DNA of 64,000 nt from an uncultured Candidatus Berkelbacteria bacterium (GTDB lineage: Bacteria; Patescibacteriota; UBA1384; UBA12157). The position numbers and the translations under genes are program-made. Position 1 is the stretch's first letter. Each line of letters begins with the position of its first letter. The stretch spans positions 86,054 through 150,053 of the forward strand of contig CAIRFN010000006.1 in NCBI GenBank assembly GCA_903877885.1, in the 5' to 3' direction. Below are positions 20,983 to 30,042 of the stretch, in pieces. A model generated the notes under the pieces. The model saw nothing but the letters and a program-made list of their open reading frames with translations. It did not search any database and was not told the DNA's origin.

Positions 20983-21914
20983 TGGGAATTTTAGGAATTT
21001 TAAAACAATTAGGATTAAATTTATTAAACCGTTTGAAACCGCGGGCAACTTTTCGCTGGATTTTTTCTGCGGTGATTTGGATTTTAATTTTGATTTATCT
21101 TGGATACGGCATTTATTTTAGCTTCCAAATCTATAAATACGAAAATGAATCTCGAGTAATTAAACTTTCAACCTACATCTATCCGTTTCCAGCTGCGGTC
21201 GTAAACGGCAAAATTGTTTGGGCCAGTTCTTATTATCAACAGTTAACTTATATCGAACAATTTTATTCGGCTTTACAAAAACCAATTGATAAAACAGATT
21301 TGAAAGCTAAAATTATCGATAAATTGGCTGAAAACCAGATTATCGAGTTTCAAGCTCTGCGTTATAATGTTCATGTTTCTAATCAGGAATTTGCTGATGC
21401 TTATCAACAAGTTGTCGACCAGGCTGGTGGCGAAGTTAATTTAAAAAAAGTTTTAAATACTCAATATGGTATGAGTGAACGAGAATTTAAAGCTTTGGTA
21501 ATGATCGGAGTACTCAAAGAAAAAATTCAAAATAATTTAATGGTTCAGGTTAAAGTTGCTCATATTTTAATTAAAAATGAGAAAACCGCCAATGATGTTT
21601 TTGCTCAAACTAAAACCAATAATAATTTTGGCGATTTAGCTAAAAAATATTCTGAAGATTTGAAATCTCGTGATGCTGGCGGCGAACTTGGGTGGTTAGG
21701 CAAAGGTCAATTGGTGGTAGACGGCAATCCTTTAACCGAATTTGATACTGCCGCTTTCGCGGCTAAATCTGGTGATATTGTTGGCCCAATTAAAACAACG
21801 GCTGGTTTTGAAATTGTTAAAATTGAAGATAAAAAAGGCGTGATTGATGATAGCTTTGATCATTGGCTCTCAATTCTAAAATCCCAAGCCAAAGTTTGGA
21901 AGTGGATAAAATAA
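20982..21914 (+). CDS. PpiC-type (parvulin) peptidyl-prolyl isomerase with SurA-like N-terminal region
   Basis: 'VAHILIKNEKTANDVFAQ...GGELGWLGKGQLV' rotamase motif; N-terminal TM. Confidence 0.75.
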   Translation: MGILGILKQLGLNLLNRLKPRATFRWIFSAVIWILILIYLGYGIYFSFQIYKYENESRVIKLSTYIYPFPAAVVNGKIVWASSYYQQLTYIEQFYSALQKPIDKTDLKAKIIDKLAENQIIEFQALRYNVHVSNQEFADAYQQVVDQAGGEVNLKKVLNTQYGMSEREFKALVMIGVLKEKIQNNLMVQVKVAHILIKNEKTANDVFAQTKTNNNFGDLAKKYSEDLKSRDAGGELGWLGKGQLVVDGNPLTEFDTAAFAAKSGDIVGPIKTTAGFEIVKIEDKKGVIDDSFDHWLSILKSQAKVWKWIK

Positions 21915-21954
21915 AAGTATCTGACTAAAAGGCTATTGAAAGAGTTAGTATTTT

Positions 21955-22701
21955 ATGGTAGAATTAATTCACGGAGGAGAGTTGGATTTGAGAGAAAACA
22001 CATGTAATAACAAGAGAAATGTTTGTTACGTGGATGAAAATTTCTTTAAAAATTGGACGCCAGAAATGGCCTATGTTCTAGGATTTTTTGCAGCCGATGG
22101 TTGTTTAACAGTTAATCATAAAAGAGGAAATAAATATATTGAGTTTACTTCCACTGATTATGACATAATAGAAAAAATCAAAACTGCTTTAAAATCAGAT
22201 CATAAAATCGGGATCAGACTTGGTAAGAAAAATTGTAAAACCGCTTATAGATTGCAAATCGGTAGCAAGGAAATATTTGACGATTTGATAGCTTTAGGTT
22301 TTACTCCGACAAAAAGTTTGGTAATGAAATTTCCAATAATTCCTACAAGATATTTAGCACATTTTGTAAGAGGTTATTTTGATGGCGATGGTCATAGTAA
22401 TTTTTGCCGATTTTATAGAAAAGATCGTTTAACTTACGGTAAATTTCTTCAATCTGGTTTTACTTCTGGGAGCAAAATTTTTTTAGAAAAATTACAGTTG
22501 ATTTTAAAAGAGAATATCAATTTAAAATTAGGAACGTTATATTCTCATTCTGGTTTTAGATTAAATTACTCTTCAAAAGATAGTAAAAAATTATTTGATT
22601 TTATTTACAAAGATTGCAGTAACACAATATATTTAGTCAGAAAATATTTGAAATTTAAAAATGAAATAGAAAAATTTTGGGGTTGTAGCTCAGTTGGTTA
22701 G
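21955..22701 (+). CDS. LAGLIDADG homing endonuclease (two-motif, single chain)
   Basis: 'LGFFAADGCL' and 'RGYFDGDGH' motifs; 3' end overlaps tRNA-Asp by 23 nt. Confidence 0.7.
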   Translation: MVELIHGGELDLRENTCNNKRNVCYVDENFFKNWTPEMAYVLGFFAADGCLTVNHKRGNKYIEFTSTDYDIIEKIKTALKSDHKIGIRLGKKNCKTAYRLQIGSKEIFDDLIALGFTPTKSLVMKFPIIPTRYLAHFVRGYFDGDGHSNFCRFYRKDRLTYGKFLQSGFTSGSKIFLEKLQLILKENINLKLGTLYSHSGFRLNYSSKDSKKLFDFIYKDCSNTIYLVRKYLKFKNEIEKFWGCSSVG

Positions 22702-22752
22702 AGTAATTGCCTGTCACGCAATAGGTCGCGGGTTCGAGTCCCGTCAACCCCG
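22679..22752 (+). tRNA. tRNA-Asp(GTC)
   Basis: Manual cloverleaf: acceptor GGGGTTG/CAACCCC, anticodon loop CTGTCAC, T-loop GGTTCGAGTCC; CCA encoded to 22755. Confidence 0.9.
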
Positions 22753-22764
22753 CCAATTAAAAAT

Positions 22765-22789
22765 GCCCGAGTTTATCTCGGACTTTTTT
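22765..22789 (+). terminator. rho-independent terminator after tRNA-Asp
   Basis: CCGAG-tttat-CTCGG hairpin followed by a T-run. Confidence 0.5.
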
Positions 22790-22817
22790 AATTGTAAATA
22801 ATATTTCTTCCAAAAAT

Positions 22818-22846
22818 TTGACAACAAAATAATATCATAATATAAT
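22818..22846 (+). promoter_or_regulatory. near-consensus sigma70-like promoter (TTGACA-17-TATAAT)
   Basis: Exact hexamers with a 17-bp spacer upstream of a structured leader and the ORF at 22951. Confidence 0.45.
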
Positions 22847-22950
22847 TAAATAAAGATACCGGTCGAGAGACCGCCGAAGCTCTAGAAGCTCGAACAAATT
22901 TTGTTACGAGTTTTTTTAAATTAAAAAAATAATAAAAAAAGGAGAAAAAC

Positions 22951-23367
22951 ATGCCTATTGAAGTTAATAAGGAAGTAACTACCACGAGTACCGGTCCTGC
23001 TCGTGATCAAGTTAGTCAAACGGCCACATCGACGAGAGTGCCAACAAATACTGAATCAAGAGATGACTATTCGGATAGAGGAAACGCGTGGGTTTGGTAC
23101 GTTGTGGGAATAATCGATTTTTTACTTTTGTTAAGAATTTTGTTCCACTTATTCGGTGCTCGAGCAGTCGGATTTACTAATTTTCTCTACAGTCTCACCG
23201 GCTTTTTCACTATGCCTTTTCAGGGTATTTTCCCTAATCCCAATATAGAAGGAGCTTATTTTGATATGGCTGCCCTTACAGCGATTATCGTCTACTTATT
23301 GCTTGGCTGGATGATTGTTGGCTTAATTGATTTGGCTACCCGGCCAGCTGACAGTAAAAAAGTTTAA
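22951..23367 (+). CDS. hypothetical membrane protein
   Basis: RBS AAGGAGAAAAAC; three hydrophobic helices. Confidence 0.4.
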   Translation: MPIEVNKEVTTTSTGPARDQVSQTATSTRVPTNTESRDDYSDRGNAWVWYVVGIIDFLLLLRILFHLFGARAVGFTNFLYSLTGFFTMPFQGIFPNPNIEGAYFDMAALTAIIVYLLLGWMIVGLIDLATRPADSKKV

Positions 23368-23376
23368 GGAAATAAA

Positions 23377-23700
23377 ATGGATTTAAATACATTTTTTCAA
23401 ATCTCTGTCAGTATTTTCTGTATTGTGGCTACCGTTTTCATGCTGATATTATTTGTCTGGATATTTATACTTCATGCACAACTATCTAAATTGATTAAAA
23501 AGATTGAAGAAATTTCAGAAATTGCCAAGATTACAGCAGAAGAAATTAAGGATTTTGTCGAAAGGATTATTCAATCAATAGAAATATTTAAAAAAAGCAT
23601 TTTTACATTTGAGTTTATTCGTAAAATTACAGCTGAAATTATAGGATTTATTAAAAATAATAATAACTCGAAAGGAGTTGAAGATGGACAAGCAGAATAG
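23377..23700 (+). CDS. hypothetical membrane protein
   Basis: One TM plus a coiled region. Confidence 0.35.
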   Translation: MDLNTFFQISVSIFCIVATVFMLILFVWIFILHAQLSKLIKKIEEISEIAKITAEEIKDFVERIIQSIEIFKKSIFTFEFIRKITAEIIGFIKNNNNSKGVEDGQAE

Positions 23701-24016
23701 TGGGATGGGTAAAGGAATTTTAATTGGAGCTTCAGTCGGTGTTTTAGCTGGTGCTATTGCCGGAGTATTATTCGCGCCGCAATCTGGCAAAGAAACTAGA
23801 GCCAATATCGCCAACTATATTCATGAAATGAAAGACAAAATTGCCGAGGAATTGATGAATGTCGAAGAAGTGACTAAAGAAAAATACAATGAAATTGTTG
23901 AAAAAATCGTTAAAGTTTATGAATTAGAAAAGAAAATTACTGTCGAAGAAGCTCAAGACATTAAAGAAAAACTTGACGCTAATTATGACGAAGTGGTTAA
24001 GGTTATTAAAAAATAA
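23678..24016 (+). CDS. YtxH-like (DUF948) membrane-associated protein
   Basis: 'GILIGASVGVLAGAIAGVLFAPQSGKETR' YtxH signature. Confidence 0.55.
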   Translation: MKMDKQNSGMGKGILIGASVGVLAGAIAGVLFAPQSGKETRANIANYIHEMKDKIAEELMNVEEVTKEKYNEIVEKIVKVYELEKKITVEEAQDIKEKLDANYDEVVKVIKK

Positions 24017-24043
24017 TAAATACAAAATAAAAAAGGAGGTGGG

Positions 24044-24997
24044 ATGAAAACATTTAGAAACATTTTATTCGTTTTACTGGTCGCTATATTCATATTTGCT
24101 ACGACCGGTCAAGCTAGAGCGGCAACTAATATTGGGCTTGGCGCGGCTGCCGGTTATGCCGTACTCGCTGGATCTGGTATTACCAATACTGGTCCAACAA
24201 CTGTGGCTGGAGACACTGGATCATCGCCGACGCACACAGAAACTGGATTTGGCCCTGGCGCTAATGCTATTACTTTTGCTAGTGGCGTAAATCACAATAG
24301 TGCTGATCCAAATGACGCAACGACCCAACAAGCTCAAGTGGATTTAACTACAGCCTATAATAATGCGGCGGGACAATCTTCGATATCAGACTTAAGCGGC
24401 CAAGATTTGGGCGGAATGACATTGACAGCTGGTGTTTATACTTTTAGTTCTTCAGCTCAACTTACAGGAACATTAACGCTAAATGGTCAAGGAAATGCTG
24501 ATGCTGTTTTCATTTTTCAGATTGGTTCAACTTTAACTACCGCCTCGGCTAGTTCGGTTTTGTTAACAAATAGTGCCCAATCCTGCCATGTCTTTTGGCA
24601 AATTGGCAGTTCTGCCACACTCGGTACAACTACCTCATTTATCGGTAATATTATGGCGTTAACCAGTATTACCTTAAATACCGGCGCCACAGTAGACGGT
24701 CGAGTTTTGGCTCGAAACGGTGCAGTTACACTTGATACTAATACTATTACCGCTTCGGTTTGCGCTACTACAACTTCTTCGTCATCGTCATCGTCGTCTT
24801 CTTCTTCTTCGACTACCTATGCCGAGCGCGCAGCTGCGAGAGCCAAAAAAACTGCCACGCCAACACCAGCACCGGCCTTACCAGAAACTGGAGTTGCAAC
24901 TCAAGAAAAAGGTAATCTCTGGTATATTGCCAACCTGATTGGTATTACGGTATTTTTGATTTCAGCCTATTTCATTAGCAAAAAACAAACTACATAG
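24044..24997 (+). CDS. Ice-binding-like (DUF3494) beta-helical surface protein with LPXTG sorting signal
   Basis: Signal peptide, T/G/S-rich beta-solenoid repeats typical of DUF3494, poly-Ser linker, 'LPETG' plus TM plus KKQTT tail. Confidence 0.7.
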   Translation: MKTFRNILFVLLVAIFIFATTGQARAATNIGLGAAAGYAVLAGSGITNTGPTTVAGDTGSSPTHTETGFGPGANAITFASGVNHNSADPNDATTQQAQVDLTTAYNNAAGQSSISDLSGQDLGGMTLTAGVYTFSSSAQLTGTLTLNGQGNADAVFIFQIGSTLTTASASSVLLTNSAQSCHVFWQIGSSATLGTTTSFIGNIMALTSITLNTGATVDGRVLARNGAVTLDTNTITASVCATTTSSSSSSSSSSSSTTYAERAAARAKKTATPTPAPALPETGVATQEKGNLWYIANLIGITVFLISAYFISKKQTT

Positions 24998-25000
24998 TAT

Positions 25001-25624
25001 ATGTTAGTGAAAACTATGTCACGACGAACATCAATAGTTATTATCCTTACAGGATTAGCGGTTTTCTTAAATCTATTTTTCTATTTTGTTTCGAAGAATG
25101 CAGTTCAAAATGACTTAAGTCGATCGACAGAAAAAAGCGTTTTGGCTGCAAAACAATCAGAAAATTACGGGTTGCCAGTCCGAATTAAAATCCCTCGGAT
25201 TGGTGTAGATGCCGCTATTGAGTCTGTTGGTCTTACCACTAATGGAGCCATGGAAGTACCAAATGGTCAAAACAATGCGGCGTGGTTTAGTCTTGGACCG
25301 CGTCCGGGCGATATCGGCAGTGCAGTTATTGATGGTCATTATGGCATCTGGAAAAATGGTAAAGAAACAGTCTTTAATGATTTAGATAAATTACGTCAAG
25401 GTGACGAAATATCTATTGAAGAAGATAATGGCGTCACAGTGTCTTTTGTCGTACGTGAAACTCAAATTTATGATTCCAAAGCAGATGCTTCAAAAATATT
25501 TACTTCAGTTGATGGGAAATCACATCTTAATTTGATTACTTGCGAAGGGACTTGGAACCAAGTTTCCAAAACGTATCCCAGACGGCTAATTGTGTTTGCT
25601 GATCGTATGATTGCTAACCTTTAA
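25001..25624 (+). CDS. Sortase (class E/F-like transpeptidase)
   Basis: N-terminal TM; 'HYGIWKNG', catalytic 'LNLITCEGTW' (TLXTC) and Arg near C-terminus. Confidence 0.8.
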   Translation: MLVKTMSRRTSIVIILTGLAVFLNLFFYFVSKNAVQNDLSRSTEKSVLAAKQSENYGLPVRIKIPRIGVDAAIESVGLTTNGAMEVPNGQNNAAWFSLGPRPGDIGSAVIDGHYGIWKNGKETVFNDLDKLRQGDEISIEEDNGVTVSFVVRETQIYDSKADASKIFTSVDGKSHLNLITCEGTWNQVSKTYPRRLIVFADRMIANL

Positions 25625-25627
25625 TTT

Positions 25628-27220
25628 TTGACATATGATGAACTCATGGAAAAAGAAAATTATACACCCGAAATGCAAAAGTTTTTGGATGAATTTATTG
25701 CGATTGGTGATAAAGATAAAAACCTAAATTCTGGCAATGACAAGATGTTGCATACCGCTCTTTGGTATGAAAAGTTTCGTCGCGCGATGGAAGATCAGGA
25801 AGATCATCTGATTTTTAAAAATGCCATCAGCCGAATTGTCAGACGTCGTTATGCTTTGGCTTTTTCCAATACCGTCGAATCGCTTTTTGATGGTTTGATG
25901 AATGAACTGGCTTGGGCCGATTACATTAATTTGGACAGTCTGACTGACGAGCAAGTGACTGAAATAAAATCAATCATCGGCCGTTATATTGTTTTGTTAA
26001 ATAGTGTTAAGTCGCATTCTTTGGAAAATGATGCCAGCAAAATTATTATTGGCTGGATGGCATGCGAAATCGATGAACTTTTGTTTTGTCACAAGCGCCA
26101 AGAATTAATTGTGGATTTTGCTTATAATTGTTTGCGTGAAAATTTACAGTTTGGCCCGGGCAATTTTAATCAAAAAGAAATTGAAATTCAACTAAAGCTG
26201 GCGATTTTAACTTTAGTTTTTAAGCCGGATTATAATTATGCCCAGTTTTGGCTCACCAAAAAGATTTTTCCTGAGTTTAGTAATTTTAATTTGACTCAAG
26301 CACAGGAAATTGGTTTCCATTTTGAAAATATTATTAGTCAAATCAATAAAGTTTTTAAAAATATCCACAGTAAAGATTATCTTTTATATGCCAAAAGACA
26401 AATTGCGCCTTTTATTTTAATTAAAGAATTACCAAATTATCAGAGTAATTTAACGGCCATTAGCAAAGATCCGATAAAGTTAAGAGATGCTTTGGTTGAT
26501 GTTTATGATTCGTTGTTAATGAAAACAAGAGATAAAGTCTGGCGGGGGACAATTCGGGCTTTTATTTTCATTTTCCTTACTAAAATTTCGCTAGCTTTTA
26601 TTATTGAAATGCCTTTTGACCAATATTTGCGCGGTTCGATCGATTATATTCCTTTGATTATTAATATTGGTTTCCCACCGGTTTTAATGTTTTTATCTGG
26701 CATTTCGGTTAAAACTCCACCTTCAAGCAACCACCAAATTGTGATCAATGCGATTAATAATCTTATTACTTATCAACGAATTGATTCAAAGCCTTTTTAT
26801 ATTGGCATTAAACACCGATCAACTGGCGAGAAAATTTTTGATTTCCTGTATTTAGTTTTTAATTTTGGTATTGTAATTGGTGTGATTCTTTTGCTTCGTA
26901 AAATCGGGTTTAACTTTGTCAGTATTTTATTATTCTTTACCTTTGTGTCAGCAGTTAGTTTCTTTGCTTTTCGAATTAGAAATGTGGCGCTGGAACTTTT
27001 GATGCGAGTTAGTCGCGATAATTTTCTAGTTTCTTTAATTGAATTTGTTTTTTTACCTTTTATTTTGATTGGAAAAATTATTTCATCGGCCATCACCAAA
27101 TCGAATCCTTTTACGATTACTCTGGATTTTCTAATTGAAGCGCCGCTTAAAACTATTATTAAAATCAGCAATTCCTGGTTAAGATTTGTCAGGCAGAAAA
27201 AAGAAGATTTAGATATTTAA
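25628..27220 (+). CDS. hypothetical protein with C-terminal membrane region (530 aa)
   Basis: Long ORF; several TM segments in the C-terminal third. Confidence 0.4.
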   Translation: MTYDELMEKENYTPEMQKFLDEFIAIGDKDKNLNSGNDKMLHTALWYEKFRRAMEDQEDHLIFKNAISRIVRRRYALAFSNTVESLFDGLMNELAWADYINLDSLTDEQVTEIKSIIGRYIVLLNSVKSHSLENDASKIIIGWMACEIDELLFCHKRQELIVDFAYNCLRENLQFGPGNFNQKEIEIQLKLAILTLVFKPDYNYAQFWLTKKIFPEFSNFNLTQAQEIGFHFENIISQINKVFKNIHSKDYLLYAKRQIAPFILIKELPNYQSNLTAISKDPIKLRDALVDVYDSLLMKTRDKVWRGTIRAFIFIFLTKISLAFIIEMPFDQYLRGSIDYIPLIINIGFPPVLMFLSGISVKTPPSSNHQIVINAINNLITYQRIDSKPFYIGIKHRSTGEKIFDFLYLVFNFGIVIGVILLLRKIGFNFVSILLFFTFVSAVSFFAFRIRNVALELLMRVSRDNFLVSLIEFVFLPFILIGKIISSAITKSNPFTITLDFLIEAPLKTIIKISNSWLRFVRQKKEDLDI

Positions 27221-27268
27221 AAAATTGTCTTCCTTTTTCAGGGAAAAATTGCTATAATAAGTTAAATT

Positions 27269-27339
27269 GCAGATATGGTTTAGTGGCAGAACATATCCTT
27301 CCCAAGGATAGGATGCGGGTTCGATTCCCGCTATCTGCT
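27269..27339 (+). tRNA. tRNA-Gly(CCC)
   Basis: Acceptor GCAGATA/TATCTGC, anticodon loop TTCCCAA, T-loop GGTTCGATTCC. Confidence 0.85.
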
Positions 27340-27343
27340 CGGT

Positions 27344-27380
27344 GCCGATGTAGCTCAGGGGTAGAGCAACTCTTTCGAGA
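27344..27380 (+). other. tRNA 5' fragment (acceptor GCCGATG plus D-arm plus anticodon-region remnant), Thr-like
   Basis: 'GCCGATGTAGCTCAGGGGTAGAGCAACTCTTTCGAGAAG' is near-identical to the 5' half of the adjacent tRNA-Thr; no 3' half follows it. Confidence 0.5.
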
Positions 27381-27402
27381 AGTTACACTTTCTTTTTTCT
27401 TA

Positions 27403-27474
27403 GCCATCTTAGCTCAGTGGTAGAGCAACTCTTTCGTAAAGAGTAGGTCCCGAGTTCAAGTCTCGGAGATGGCT
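27403..27474 (+). tRNA. tRNA-Thr(CGT)
   Basis: Acceptor GCCATCT/AGATGGC, anticodon loop TTCGTAA, T-arm CCGAGTTCAAGTCTCGG. Confidence 0.85.
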
Positions 27475-27489
27475 CAGAAAAAAGAAAAA

Positions 27490-27526
27490 GAAGAGATCAG
27501 CGGTTCGAATCCGCTCATCGGCTCCA
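27490..27526 (+). other. tRNA 3' fragment (T-arm AGCGG-TTCGAAT-CCGCT, acceptor CATCGGC, T, CCA)
   Basis: Its 3' acceptor strand is perfectly complementary to the 5' fragment at 27344-27350. Confidence 0.5.
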
Positions 27527-27543
27527 AAATAAAATTATTCAAA

Positions 27544-27864
27544 ATGTTTCAAAGTATTTGGCGACAAATAAAATATTTTTTCGTAAATCCTTTCTGGCTT
27601 TCAGGAGCGGTTTTAATATTAATGGTTTTTGCCATTTTAATTAACGCTGCAATTTGGTATCTTTATATTAAGAACTATCGTGATTTAATCGGTATAGTTC
27701 AAATCGGTTATTCATCAGCAGTGCTAATCTTGAACATTTTGCTTGGTAATATTGTTTTTCGAAAAGAAAAACTAATTAGTATAATTTTATTAAGTGCCGG
27801 ATTAATTATTCAAATTCTATTTATTATATTTTTAAGATTCTTTGCAATGACTCAAGCATTTTAA
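27544..27864 (+). CDS. small membrane protein (ORF track start at 27469 overlaps the tRNA fragments; ATG at 27544 more plausible)
   Basis: Three hydrophobic segments. Confidence 0.35.
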   Translation: MFQSIWRQIKYFFVNPFWLSGAVLILMVFAILINAAIWYLYIKNYRDLIGIVQIGYSSAVLILNILLGNIVFRKEKLISIILLSAGLIIQILFIIFLRFFAMTQAF

Positions 27865-27882
27865 TTTAGCAAACGGAGTAAA

Positions 27883-29376
27883 GTGAAAAAATCATTTTTG
27901 TGGCGATCTCTGGAAATTTTACCTGGTGCTTTGATTTGGTTTTCTTTTATTGCACCAATTATTTTGTCATTCTATATTCCAGCCTGGGTCGCCACCTATA
28001 TTTTACTTCTTGATCTTTATTGGCTTTATCGATCGCTTATTATCGGTGTTAATTTGGTGATTGGCTATCGGAACTTAAAACATGATTCTCGCGTTGACTG
28101 GATGAAAAAATTGGAAGCGCTTGAACCAACCGAAATAATCAAAGATTGGAAAAAGATTTATCAGGTTGTGACTTTAGCTACTTACAAAGAAAGTTTTGAA
28201 ACTTTGGATACTTCGATTCAAGCAGTCGCAGATGCTCAATTTCCAACAAAACGAAAAATTTTGGTTTTAGCCACTGAAGAGCGCGATAAAATTAATGCCA
28301 GAGAACTTGCTAGTCGTCTTCGCGAAAAATATGAATATAAATTTTTTAAATTTTTAGTCACTGAACATCCTGATGGGATTATTGGCGAGCACAAAGCCAA
28401 AGGTGCGAATGTGACTTGGGCAACTAAAAAATTACGACTTTTTCTTGATGAGAAAAAAATCGAATATGATAATGTGATCGTAACCACGGCTGATGCTGAC
28501 ACGCGAATTCATAAACAATATTTGGCTTGTCTTGCTTATAATTATTGTATTGAACCAAATCGCGATCGCCGGAGTTTTCAACCAATTACGCTTTACTCAA
28601 ATAACATTTGGCAAGCGCCGGCAATTTGCCGAATTATTGCTTTTGGAAACTCATTTTGGCAAATGATTGAGGCGAGTCGCCCTTGGCGTTTAGTTAATTT
28701 TGCGACTCATGCCATGAGTATGAAAATGTTGATCGAGATTAATTATTGGGAAGTTGGTGTGGTTAATGAAGATTCTCGTCAATTTTGGCGTGCCTATTTT
28801 ACTTTCAATGGCGATCACAAAGCCGTACCGCTTTTTGTACCGGTTTATATGGATGCGGTTTTGGCTTATTCATTTTGGAGTACAATTAAAAATCAATATT
28901 TACAAAAACAGCGTTGGGCCTATGGCGTAGAACATGTCCCATATGTAGTAATTGAATCATATAAAAACTGGAAAATTCCGTTTTGGGATAAAACAGTCAA
29001 AATCTATCGATTATTGGAAGGCAATTATTCTTGGGCTACCGCTTCGATTTTTATTGCGGTGATGGATTGGTTTCCTTTACTTTTGGGTCCAGGTTTTAGC
29101 CACACAGTTTTAGGTGTAAATCTTTTAACTTTGATTCGGACAATCATGGCTTTCACTTGGATTGGTATTGTGATTTCGGTTTGGATTTCACTACTGCTTT
29201 TGCCACCGCGACCAGCTCAATATAAAAAAGGCAAATTTGTGGAAATGATTTTACAATGGGTTTTAGTACCGGTTCAAGCCGTTCTTTTCTCCAGTTTTCC
29301 AGCCATTGATGCTCAAACCAGATTGATGCTTGGTAAATACATGACTTTCCGCGTGACAGAAAAAAAGGCAGTTTAA
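27883..29376 (+). CDS. Membrane-embedded family 2-like glycosyltransferase (putative)
   Basis: N- and C-terminal TM bundles around a cytoplasmic domain with 'VIVTTADADTRIH' DXD-like motif and 'Q.RWA.G' ('QKQRWAYG'). Confidence 0.5.
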   Translation: MKKSFLWRSLEILPGALIWFSFIAPIILSFYIPAWVATYILLLDLYWLYRSLIIGVNLVIGYRNLKHDSRVDWMKKLEALEPTEIIKDWKKIYQVVTLATYKESFETLDTSIQAVADAQFPTKRKILVLATEERDKINARELASRLREKYEYKFFKFLVTEHPDGIIGEHKAKGANVTWATKKLRLFLDEKKIEYDNVIVTTADADTRIHKQYLACLAYNYCIEPNRDRRSFQPITLYSNNIWQAPAICRIIAFGNSFWQMIEASRPWRLVNFATHAMSMKMLIEINYWEVGVVNEDSRQFWRAYFTFNGDHKAVPLFVPVYMDAVLAYSFWSTIKNQYLQKQRWAYGVEHVPYVVIESYKNWKIPFWDKTVKIYRLLEGNYSWATASIFIAVMDWFPLLLGPGFSHTVLGVNLLTLIRTIMAFTWIGIVISVWISLLLLPPRPAQYKKGKFVEMILQWVLVPVQAVLFSSFPAIDAQTRLMLGKYMTFRVTEKKAV

Positions 29377-29559
29377 GTTGATTTATGGTTTGTTTTTTGC
29401 TATAATCAAATAGAATTTAATTTTAGATATTTATAAAACCCATGATTCATGCTTCATGATACATGATTCAATTTTTGTCGGGGATTGGTGCTTTACCTAA
29501 AGGCAGCTGGTTTACAGATGTCTGACGACATCATAGAGCGCCAAGTATTTTTTATCTGT

Positions 29560-29632
29560 CGGGGTGTGGCTCAGTTGGTAGAGCGCCGCTTTTGGGAAGC
29601 GGAGGTCGTGAGTTCGAGTCTCGCCACCCCGA
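29560..29632 (+). tRNA. tRNA-Pro(TGG)
   Basis: Acceptor CGGGGTG/CACCCCG, anticodon loop TTTGGGA, T-loop GTTCGAGTC. Embedded in a 19-bp extended flanking helix. Confidence 0.8.
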
Positions 29633-29652
29633 CAGATAAAAAATACAAATAT

Positions 29653-29716
29653 AGAGCGGAGGTTGTGACGATTACTTTGGTAATCGGATAGCGTTCGAGT
29701 CTCGCCACCCCGACCA
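29653..29716 (+). other. Partial duplicate of the tRNA-Pro 3' half with a 28-nt hairpin insertion, ending in CCA
   Basis: 'GAGCGGAGGT' plus insertion CGATTAC-tttg-GTAATCG plus 'GTTCGAGTCTCGCCACCCCGACCA'. Confidence 0.55.
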
Positions 29717-29762
29717 CTTTAGTTTTTAGTAATTAGTATTTAGAAATTAGAATTTAATCCCT

Positions 29763-29833
29763 GCGGGTATAGCTCAATGGTAGAGTACAAGTTTTCCAAA
29801 CTTGCTACGCGGGTCCGATTCCCGCTACCCGCT
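29763..29833 (+). tRNA. tRNA-Gly(TCC)
   Basis: Acceptor GCGGGTA/TACCCGC, anticodon loop TTTCCAA; CCA encoded. Confidence 0.85.
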
Positions 29834-29969
29834 CCAAGTAAAATTCCTTTCTGTAAAATGGATTACATCCTATTCTTACAGAAACGTCATCACTTGGCAC
29901 AGCCAGATTGATAGAGAATTTTACGCAGTCCCGTGATCACCGCAGTGATTTTATGGGACAATTATCATT

Positions 29970-30042
29970 GCCCTCGTAGTTCAATGGATAGAACAGCGGC
30001 GTTCTAAGCCGCGTGTTGGGGGTTCGATTCCCTCCGAGGGCG
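29970..30042 (+). tRNA. tRNA-Arg(TCT)
   Basis: Acceptor GCCCTCG/CGAGGGC, anticodon stem GCGGC/GCCGC, loop GTTCTAA; CCA encoded. Confidence 0.85.

Noticed and set aside
27469-27543. 5' extension of the ORF 27469..27864
   Set aside because: This part overlaps the tRNA-Thr 3' end and the tRNA 3' fragment. The internal ATG at 27544 is a more plausible start.
29418-29460. CATGATTCATG-type short repeats upstream of tRNA-Pro
   Set aside because: Very short, AT-rich near-palindromes; insufficient to call an element.
29485-29691. 68-aa ORF on + strand
   Set aside because: Entirely overlaps tRNA-Pro and its fragment copy; translation reads through tRNA sequence (CRGVAQLVERRF...). Spurious.
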